Source: Collodictyon triciliatum (Eukaryota). From it: a stretch of DNA of 33,640 nt. The position numbers were made by a program, and so were the translations under genes. The notes under the pieces are model-generated. The model ran no database searches, had not been told where the DNA came from, and was given only the letters and a program-made list of their open reading frames with translations. Numbering within the stretch: position 1 is the first letter of the stretch; each line of letters opens with the position of its first letter. Below, one piece after another: positions 1 through 10,221 of this stretch. The DNA lies in NCBI GenBank assembly GCA_043381765.1, contig JBHJMP010000271.1, positions 1-33,640 on the forward strand, given 5' to 3'.

Positions 1-66
<66 letters not shown>
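1..66. repeat. (TAT)n trinucleotide microsatellite, runs off the window start
   Basis: Perfect tat repeats from 1 to 66. Confidence 0.95.
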
Positions 67-634
67 CCCAATTTTTTTTAATCCATGCAAATATAGCGCG
101 CTAGATGATCGATCGGAAGCCGCGCTTCATGGTTATCCGAGGCAGTTTCGATACCCTTGGTAAGGAAAGGAAAAGAATACAGCGCGGTTTCCTTTCGCGA
201 TTCTTTCGCGTGGACAGGGCGAATAATCGGGTTGAGAATCGCTGCACTTTTGAATCAGCTTGTTTGATCCTTGGGTGTCCGAAAGGAGAATTCCACATCA
301 GATTCATTTACCGAATGTAAGGTATGGAGACTAAGCCACGAGGGTGCCTGGGTGCAAAAGAGCAGGCCACGAGGCCAAAATGTGTTGAAAGACAATCACA
401 AAACTTGATAACAGAATCTGCTTCTGAAAGAGCGATAAGATATGAGATCTCCAGATAATATTTAACAGAATCAGTACTTGGTGATACATCGATGGGTAAA
501 TACACGAAATTGAAATTATTTTTTATGATGCAGATGTCCAATCCAAACACGCTTGACAGGAAAGAGAAAATGAGGGAAGGGGTTCGCAATGGTAAAGGTG
601 CCTGTGAAAACACACTGTTTTGATATGAAGAAGA

Positions 635-2794
635 TCAGGTCGAGGTTATTTTAGATGTGAGATGCCCCAGTTTTTTGCTCATCTCAGTTAGTGTTGTCAG
701 AGCTTGTTGTTGGTATTCATACTTTGCACAGATTTGTTCCAAAGCCTCGTTTCGAAAGCAGCAATCGACGGCATGGTCAGGGCCACAAAGGTGACAAAAT
801 CTGTCAGTTCCATGTTCGATAGTTTCCTCCTTTAGCTGACTAATGCATACAGAGCAAAAGGAATGTCCACAAGGGAAACATGTCTCCGGTTGCTTCAAAT
901 TGTTCAGGCAAAACATGCACGTAATGTTAGCCTACAAATAAGAAAGAAGGGATGTGTGGTGGTGTGACGATTCCATGAGCTTAACATGTGTGAATATAGA
1001 TTTTTTTAAAATTAAAATAAACAGCACCGCTTCTTTTTTTTTTATGAAAAAAAAAAAAAAGAGATATTAAAATAAACGTGCGAGTATGTGTATTTGACCT
1101 GCATTGCTTCGTTTGAATGAATAAGTTTCGCTACAACACTTTTTAGTTCTTTTTCCGTCGATAAAATAATTTGTGCACGGTTTTGAGCCTCTGAACTGGT
1201 GGCAGTTTGTAAATCTTTTGAAAGAACTTTCAAAAAAATAACAATAAGAAACCCATAGAGCATCTCAATTTTCACACCTTTGAATTTTCTTTGGAATATG
1301 AATGGTAGTTACCAAATCGAAATAGAAAGGGGAAACAATATGGACGGGAATGAATGTAAACTTGCAACCTTGTATTTGTCTATCCTTTTCTAAGAGTGTC
1401 GAAGACATCTGGTCAGCCCTTAATTCTGCAGCTCGCAACCTCACATTTAAGTCTTGATGTAGTAATTCTAGCTTATCTACATCAGATGTCTTTTGGGATA
1501 TGATATTATCCTTATCGGATATAGTCTTCTGAGTCTGAGATAACTTCTGCTCTAAGGTTTTGATTTTCTCTAAATCGTTTACATAAAAAAAAAGTACTAA
1601 ATAACCGACCAAAGACAATACGATTGAATCAAAATGGAAAAAAAAGTGTGTCATAAAATATAATCACCCTATATGATGGAGGGAGATGGTAGTTTGGTTA
1701 TTTTTTGAAAGTATTCCTCCGTCATGTTTCATGGATATGGATTTCATAAAATATACCAGCACTCCTTTCAAACATGTCCCTACTAGACGAGCCTTCATCT
1801 TTGTTCCGATGAAATTTATCCAGCATTAGTACCAATATTTATGCAATGACCACAGTGCAAATAATATAACTCAGAATTAACCTTGAAGAGATTGTAATCG
1901 GTTGTGCGCTTCTTGTAATGCAAGCCTGATATTCTGATTATGCAACTCGAATTGTTTTCTTTCCTTCATTCATTCAAATACGAGAAAATTCATTAGAATA
2001 ATGAGATAAAAGAGAGGAAACTTTCGAGTCATGTACTCTTATTCCTCACTATCTAAAAATAATAATTGAGATAGTATACTTTTTCCAAGACACTTTCAAA
2101 TTCTGTACATTTTTCTGTAAGTTCCTGGTTTGCTCTGTCAGATTTTTTCAAGGACATTTCAAGTTCTCGAATTCTTTGCGTCAAGGAACTATTTGAAATT
2201 TACTCGAATTACAGGACCATCAGTAATTTTGAAAACATAAGGGAAGAAATACACAAATTGTCCATGAAATATAAAGTAATCATGATTACGATATTGAAGA
2301 AATGGATTTTTCCTTATCCAAACGTGCATCTGATTGCATTTGAGTCTGCATATTTTTGTAGTCACTATGATTTTTGCATATTACTTGGTTTGCTTTTATG
2401 AAAAATTAATAAAAGAATAGACAAATGAATAAATGCACATGTCTTCTTCCTTTAATCACAAAAAAAACAAAAGGCTTATTTCAAATAATTGAGCATTGAT
2501 ATACAACCTATACTCTGCTGAAATAGATCTCATTTTTGACTCGATGGATGTAATATTTGATGTCAAAGAAGTGATTTCTTTTTGCTGGACTCTGATTATT
2601 GGCGAAGAAGAAAGTATGTAAAGTATAATTATATCTTCACTTTGCAAATGGCATTATAACTGTACATATAAATTTTAGTTAAAATAAGTATCGATTTCAT
2701 TCTTACAGAATTTGCTTTTCAAAATTTGCTTTTACAATTTGATGTTCTTGGATTTGGATTAGGTAGGATTGAAGTTTTTCTCTGTTAAGATATT

Positions 2795-2829
<35 letters not shown>

Positions 2830-2838
2830 AGAAAAAAA

Positions 2839-2872
<34 letters not shown>

Positions 2873-4643
2873 TTACGATGCAGCTTGAGAAAAAAAATGT
2901 CACCTTGGGATTGGTTTTAAATGAAAAGGAAAATTACTCATATGCCACAGTGCTCGAATTGATCTGACTATCTAGTTGCCTAATTCTTTTTCTTGCATCT
3001 TCAAGCTCGCTTTGTAAAGTATGAAGCGACCTTGTTTAGGTTTTTTATATGAATACAAATAAGATTCCATAGAGGAAATTCAGTTAATGAAATTTTTCTG
3101 TATTTTTTTTAAATGGATCATCATATCTAGATTATTCGTAAATTTTGAAGCAATTATATTGATTATATTATCATTTTTATGCTAAGACGATGGTCTTGAA
3201 AATAAATGGATACTGTTTTGCAGCATCATGTTCCAGCTCCATTCCTTTGTGTGAAGATTGAATTTTTGAAATAATCGATTCAAACTCTAGTTTTCTAGAA
3301 GACTCTGAAATTTTTAATGCCTCAATCTCATTCCTAGTCAAAGGATGAGTAAATACAAAGTATGATTAAACATGGTCAACTTGCTTGCTTGTCTAAGTGT
3401 TCATTTTTTGCGGTATATTTGACGCTCAAATAAAAAAAAAGAAGAAAATAAATAAGTGGAGACATATTTGGTATACTTGAGTGATGAAATCACTGAATCC
3501 TTTGATTTCATGTCTTTGTCGTATTTAGATTCCATCGCGGCTAGCTTTTCAGAGACCACTACAAAATGCAGTTTCAGATAAATTTAAGAGCGATACAGAA
3601 TAATATATATCTGTACATCGGTAATAAAGAATGTGAGTTTTATTTTATTTTTAAAAAAATTAATCCTGTAAAGAAAATCATGCATTTGTGCTCTTCTAAT
3701 TGTCCTTTTATGTCTGCCAAAAGGCGGTTTAGACGAGCTATTTCCTCCTTGTCGTCTACATTCGTCCATAAGTTTACAGTGAGTGCTCTAAAATAGTACA
3801 TATATATTTCGATAAAAAAAAAAAGTAGACCTAAAAGGTGTATGAGTGGGATGATGCGGAAAAAAATGCTTCCAAAAAAAAAAAAAGATATCATATCGCT
3901 TCATCAATAAATACTTCGGCACATGTTGGATAAGCTTTCAAAATTTCTCTGAACAGCAGCCAGAGCCGCTACTTTTCCATCCAGCTCGTTCTTTTGCTCA
4001 GATATTTTTGCTTTCAAGTCATTAATCAACATCTTGTCAGACTCTAAGAACGCCTTCGCTTTGGATGCCTTTTATCATTATTATTTGTGACATGAATTTC
4101 GTGCGTAAAATAGAAACACATGAAGGAAAATGAGCACGATTTTTTTTTAAAAAAAAAAAAACATGCAAGAAAATAGTTGAATTTTACAAGATCGCAATTA
4201 AATCGTGTGATATTATCAATAATGTGTACTTTCTTTCTTTTTCTATTGACCTTTGTTTCTTTTATTTAAAAACAAAACAAAACAAAACAAAACAAAACAA
4301 ATTAAAGAAAACAAAATAAAACAAATGAAAGAATGAATACAGAGCGGAAAGGAGGTTGTGTTTGGCACAGAGGCTTGATTTCAACGACATATGCTTGTAA
4401 ACAGAGACAAACTCTCATTTTGACGGCCACACTGTCATCAGAGTCGCTGCCGGAGTCATTCTGCTGCCTCTGCGACAATGGCGCGCCATAGCCAAAACCT
4501 TTGAGCGAATCATTACTCCGGGAGCTCTGCAAGGGTGGTTTGCCGAACGGCCCGCTTCGTGCAGGCGAGTCCAAGCCTCCATCCTGCGGCTTCCGAGTCG
4601 ACGAGACAAGATCGCGCAGGTCTTTTGGATTCCGCGAGTTCAT
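635..4643 (-). CDS. Multi-exon long coiled-coil protein with C-terminal RING-HC (C3HC4-type) finger; probable E3 ubiquitin ligase
   Basis: Probable ATG at 4643 (MNSRNPKDL...), S/P-rich first exon ending AGA|GTTTGT. Many short heptad-rich exons (e.g. KIKTLEQKLSQTQKTISDKDNII, EEIARLNRLLADIKGQLEEHK) joined by GT-AG introns in consistent phase where checked. Last exon 931-635: ANITCMFC..CFPCGHSFCSVC..CHLC, stop TGA. Not all internal boundaries were resolved. Confidence 0.8.
4270..4301. repeat. (AAAAC)n pentanucleotide microsatellite in the first intron of the RING gene
   Basis: Direct read of aaaac repeats. Confidence 0.85.
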
Positions 4644-4815
4644 CTGTTTCAAGCCACGAGGGGAAGGTTGGTGTGTTTGCAAAACAAAAAGGGGACCGCG
4701 CCTATGAGAGGGTTGGGCTCTCTCGAAAACAGATCAGGAAGAATTGGAAGTGAAGAAGTGGGAGAAAGATAAAAAGACAAAAAATAAAAAGGACAGAAGT
4801 AAAAGTGAATGCTTC

Positions 4816-4897
4816 CGACACTGGCAGGATTTGAACCTGCGCGGGCGGAACCCAACAGATTTCGAGTCTGTCGCCTTAACCACTCGGCCACAGTGTC
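4816..4897 (-). tRNA. tRNA-Ser-CGA: tRNA-Ser (anticodon CGA), 82 nt, intronless
   Basis: Reverse complement GACACTG-TGGCCGAGTGGTTAAGGCG-ACAGA CT CGA AA TCTGT-long variable arm-GCAGGTTCAAATCCTGC-CAGTGTC-G. Acceptor stem pairs, A box and B box present, discriminator G, no encoded CCA, T-runs downstream. Confidence 0.97.
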
Positions 4898-5283
4898 TTT
4901 TACTTGATAATTCAGGAAATTAATTTTATATAATATATAGTAATACTTTAGCCCTGCCGCCCGAAACTAAAACTTGGCGTCTGTCTTTCCTATCCTACCC
5001 AGACTATGTTTCTCGTCGCCGAGTCACCTTAAATTACACAACGGATGTGAAAGGGTAATAAATGGTTAATTACATTATGGTGCATTTGCACATAAAATAT
5101 GTTAGTCTCCATGGGCTCTGCCTTGAAATAAAGTGTGATGCTATTGGCATGGTGTGTAACAAACTGTTAATAGACCGGATATTCATGCTTTTGGGTGTGC
5201 CTATTCGAAAATGGTTTCTTTCACGTCCAATCGCTGTGTTTTGCTTTCTTTATTGCCTTGTTGTCCAAACCCATGCGAAAGTT

Positions 5284-8074
5284 TTAGGAAGACTTTTTTG
5301 GCAACGCTGGCTTTCGCTTCAGACGGAAGACTCGAATTTGGAGGATGGAGGTCATTCGGTCGACTACCGTCCACGAGGAGAGGAGGCAGACAAACAGGCC
5401 GAAAAACATTACCGAATGGATGATATACGCTGGATTCAGTGAGAAGGGCCTACATAAATTGGGGAGATTTTTACGGAGAAAGAAAAAAAAAAAAGAAGAA
5501 ATGGACCAAGTGCCCAAATGATATAATCTTATTTAGTTAATACAGAAAAAAAAAGTTCCCAATTAGACATAATAAGCTGACACATGATTGCTACAAAAGT
5601 TGGTATGTATAACAGGAAAAGGGCTATTTTGAATCGTGTCTTACGAAAAGAAGTTGAGAAGTGAAACAGTCAAAGCACACAAGACTGGGTGAACGACAGG
5701 ATACTTCTCGTGGCACAAATGCGATAGTATTAAGGAAGCCTGCAATAATAAAAATAAAAAATGGTGTAATTTATTGTCAAGAGGAAAATATGCTGACCGA
5801 AAGCGAATACATCTCGTAATTTCATGAACCAATTACAGATATAAATTATTTTTTTTAAGATGAATCATAACTCACAAGCATCTCCCAAAATGCAAATTCT
5901 ATAGCCCACATGACGACACGAGTGTCAGAGTAATTAAACTGATGGTGTTTTCAGAAAAAGGAGACTCCTTCAATAACAAATCATCTGGTCCTTCATCGTC
6001 AGTATGATTGACCAAAATGTTATATATTTTACTCACATATGGCGCACCAAGAATGACAGTAAGAAAAGACGCCACCGAAAATACCAAGAAAGTAGTAAGC
6101 GACAAAATAGGATGTGTCTTGCTTTCTTTTTCTTTAGAGCGGAGGTCATTGTAATGCTTCATGACAGACGATGTACTAATGTTTTATCGAATAGAGTAAA
6201 TATAATGCATCACATATTTTCAGGCAATATAGTAATCTAAACCACTAAGATTAAAAGAGCACATTAATTATCTTACTTGATTACAATTGTCACAAATGCC
6301 ATGACAAAACCAATAATCGGCATCATGTGTTTTAGGCGAATGTTGGCAAGAAATGGGGAAAGATTGCCTAGCTGCGATATGTGCATATTCCAAAACTGAT
6401 GTCCTAAGGTTTATTTTATGCGGTTGATTTTAGCTTTGATATTAGCTCTGATTTTAGTGGTTTTTTTGTCAGAGTTTTGTTATTCCTTTGTAAAGAAAGG
6501 TATTTGTAAGACAGTAATATAAGATAAACATAGAGAAAGAGGGGGGGAGAGAAAAGCGTATCCTAGAAAAATTATTATTGGGAGATTGCCTGCAAAAGCT
6601 GTTGTCAAGTGGATGGCGACGATGAGAAGAATTCCCTCACAAGGCCCATTAATTTGAGCTAGTATCATAGTTCCTGTGTGGTACCTGATGACATGAATTG
6701 ACAGGCTCATGGATTAATAATCACCGAATTTAGATTATTTATGAGATAGTATACATTTATAAGAGACGAAACGGAATGGACATACTCTTCCCATGTTGCA
6801 AAGAAGAATGGTAGGTAGCCACCAGCCCACAGAAGAAGGAATGACCAAAATCCAGCACCAAGTTGTAGAACAGACGCAGTGTTTAATCCTACGACCTGAA
6901 TAAATATTACAAACCAAAATTTGACGCCTTTATGTAAGTATGATTATTGCTTCATTTACATCAAATGCATGGAAATCAGTCAAGTTGGAACTTCAAACGC
7001 AGTGAATTAGGGTTTACAAAGAAATGGTAAACTCTTTGTGGATTATACGAATCGATAATACATACTGTAATGTTGAGACAATCACAGCCTTCATCGAGAT
7101 AATGAAATTTGAAAATGAAGAAATTAGGATGGTACATATTAAGAGAAACCACAAGAATTAACTATACAACCAAAGTCTAGGCATTTTTTTTTTTTTTTTT
7201 GCAAATAAAACATACAGTGGTCAAACATGTGTCCAAGTGGAGATGATGACCCTGTCTTTCGCGCTTGTCGCCCATCCAAGTTGTCAAATGTTTGGTAAAA
7301 GAAGACAGAAAATGCGCTGAACAAGATAATCCAGACAGGAAGATTTGAGTCCAGGTTCGGAGAGTACGACGCCACAATAAAATGCGAAGTAAGCAGCGGA
7401 ATCATTCCTATCACAGTGACCTATGCATCAATCCTCCTTAGAAAGAATCAAAAAAAAAAAACATGCGAATGTTAAATTGAATTACGATACTATGTGATGG
7501 TTTCATTTATCATTTTCCTTCATTCGATTCAAAATTAACAGTGCTATTTATGATTTTGGCGTGGACGTGATGATTGGTTTGATTGTTGGTTTCAATGTAG
7601 TACTTTGTACATAAAAAGGAAGCACAGAATGAAAGCTTACAAGATTTGGGCTGTATTTTTTTTTTTAAAAAAAAAAAAAGAAGCATAGGGCGTCCCAGCA
7701 GTTGGCAAACAATTATTTATATTTCAGTAAAAAAAAAAAAAAAGCATAGATATAGAATGCGTGATTATTTCGATTTAGTTATTGAATTGTTGTTATAAAT
7801 AGCTCGTATTGCTTTCAGGCCACCCACACTACTCTCCTTTATGATCTTTGTTTTGTTTTGGGCCATCAGCATAGCTATAAAATCAAATGTTGTCACAGAT
7901 TATATTGAAAAGGGACAAAAGAACATACGCCATCCACTCAGGCACAAAGCGCATGCACCAGTCCCAGTAGTGTCTGAGAAAGAGCCGATTGGAGATGGAG
8001 TTGTCCGTGCCACTGTACGCATAGTTCTTTAAAGCACTCGCGCGGGCTTTCCAGTCGTCGCTTGGGTCGATCAT
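5284..8074 (-). CDS. Choline/ethanolamine phosphotransferase (CEPT/EPT/AAPT family, CDP-alcohol phosphatidyltransferase), ~392 aa, 11 exons
   Basis: Exons 8074-7929, 7650-7641, 7420-7216, 7088-7066, 6895-6786, 6684-6590, 6403-6277, 6175-6037, 5938-5876, 5739-5645, 5449-5284 total 1179 nt in frame. Motifs [43 protein letters not shown] (CDP-alcohol motif), WEEYHTG..INGPCEG. An acceptor-like TTTCAG 3 nt before the ATG means an extra upstream exon is possible. Confidence 0.93.
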
Positions 8075-8109
8075 TTCCTGAAAGTTTTTTTGGTTGTTTT
8101 TGGTCTTGG

Positions 8110-8405
8110 TCTTCTTTTTTATTTCTTTTTTATTTCTTTTTTATTCTTTTTATTTCTTTTTATTTCTTTTTATTCTTTTTATTTTTTTATTTCTTTTTTA
8201 TTTCTTTTTTATTTCTTTTTTATTTCTTTTTATTTCTTTTTTATTTCTTTTTTATTTCTTTTTTATTTCTTTTTTATTTCTTTTTTATTTCTTTTTTATT
8301 TTTTTTTTTTTTTTTTCTTTTTTATTTCTTTTTTATTTCTTTTTTATTTCTTTTTTATTTCTTTTTTATTTCTTTTTTATTTCTTTTTTATTTCTTTTTT
8401 ATTTT
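8110..8405. repeat. Degenerate 11-bp tandem repeat (TTTTTTATTTC)n
   Basis: About 300 bp of ttttttatttc units; source of the F/Y/L/I-rich spurious ORFs 8062-8466. Confidence 0.9.
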
Positions 8406-10221
8406 AGGTCCTAGTTTGCCCTGTAAAAAAAAACCCCAACCAAATAGATGCACAGAGGTTTTGTGATTCCCCTATTTTCATAGCTTTTTTTTTATTTTTT
8501 TATTTTTTTAGTTCTCGTGCATCAGGATCAACTCTTTGTTCATTTTTTCTATAAACAGCTGAAAGGCACAAGGAGACAGCCCAGCATCACTTGGTAGAAA
8601 ACATACTGCGGGTGGCAAAGTATGATTGTCTGAGCTGCGCAAAGCAATCTTTGTGTCGGCTCGTACTTCCAACCGGAGTGAAGGCTTGTCAGTTTGATGT
8701 TCCTCAGCGACAAAGAAGCAGGTAATATCATCATCTGATTTCGAGGGCGCAGGCTACGCGGCAAGATGGAGCTATCTGCGAGCTGTTTTTTTTCTTGACA
8801 TCCCAGCGAGGTACAAGGACTATACATCTTGGAGTGGAGATTGAGCGAGCGAGGGAGAATCTTGGTGATAACTTCGGTCGAATCTGACAGAGTTGATGAG
8901 TTTGCTTGGAAGGTCGTTGCGTGATGAGATTTGTTCTGTTTCAAACTAGATTGTGTGTGTGGATTCACATGATGTAGATTTATATCCTGCCGTGAAAAAA
9001 GTATGAAAAAAAAACTTCAGCAGAACACCCAAGAACAAAAAGAAAATAATTCAAAAGGCTCTAAACACAGCACTGGCGCGGATCAGGACCGAGCGAAAGT
9101 AGTACAGAAACAGCCCGCTGCTCGGCGGAACCTTCGGCACGTCCATGGAAGCAGCACAAAGCAAGAGCAGCCTCGAACATGCAAACGGTGTCTGAATCAA
9201 AGGATTAAATTTATATTCGCTATTCTGGAAATTACAATTTATGGTAGAATTATGATTACACATATGTCATGAACTTAATACCATTCAATTAAGAACACAT
9301 TATGTGTAAAATTATTGTAAGTGATAATCAATATCATCGATGCAACAGATTCTGCTTGTGTCTGCTTCACAACTACCCGAGAAGCTTCTAGATGTTGCCC
9401 AGCAAATAAGGAAATTTGTGGCCACATCTATGAAGTAATATGCATAATAATATTAGCACAATAATATATTTGCTGGAATTATTTGAACTCAAAATAACAT
9501 TTTTAAATTAATAATTATATTTTCCGTAATTAGATACCACCTGCCACCTCACCAGAGCACAACGCCACGCAACAACCTGTCACGCTGACACGCACAAGCG
9601 AACGCAACCAAAGCACAACCACCAAACACAAGAAGGATCACAACAAGGGCGAAGCAGGAGGCAAACCACACCGGAGGTCGAAAAGCAGTGCGAAGCCAAA
9701 AGCTGCTTCACTTTTGTTTGCTGGCTGGAAAGGATCAAACAATTTCCCACAGCCACAAACGAATCCACAGACACAAATGAATCCAGATCCAAAACATTAA
9801 TCAAGCCACAACTTCAACACAAGCGAGACTCGCGCCGAGCACAAGAAGGCCTCCCATATAGATGCCCTTGTGTACGGGTATATAGAAGCCCTTTGCCGCA
9901 TTTTCCTGAGGTTTTCCTCGGGTGGGTTGCACTCTCAATTGTCAAACATAAGCAGTTGGCTCCGTAATGCGCGAGGAGTTTGCAGGGGAAAGAAAACAAT
10001 CAAACATGCATCGTATTCACGCGAAACGACGTGATCGGCACGATCTGCCGAGGCCATTAGCATGAAGTATCTATATATACATAAGACAGAGTTTTAAACA
10101 AACAACCACAGGGATTTCCCAAGGCAACGCCACGAAGGAACATCTTCCTTTCAGCTCGCCTTAAGAAGACCGTCTCTTGCTTTCGTACCCAGTGCACCGC
10201 CTGCTGTGATCAGCCTGCGCC

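Noticed and set aside
101-613. Short ORFs at the window start, possibly terminal exons of a convergent plus-strand gene
   Set aside because: Splice-like signals exist but I could not build a supported frame or recognise a motif.
4649-4891. 80-aa ORF MAEWLRRQTRNLLG
   Set aside because: Translation of the tRNA-Ser gene.
5062-5442. 126-aa plus-strand ORF
   Set aside because: Overlaps the last CEPT exon and 3' region in antisense; no motif.
8062-8466. F/Y/L-rich membrane-protein-like ORFs
   Set aside because: Translations of the 11-bp tandem repeat.
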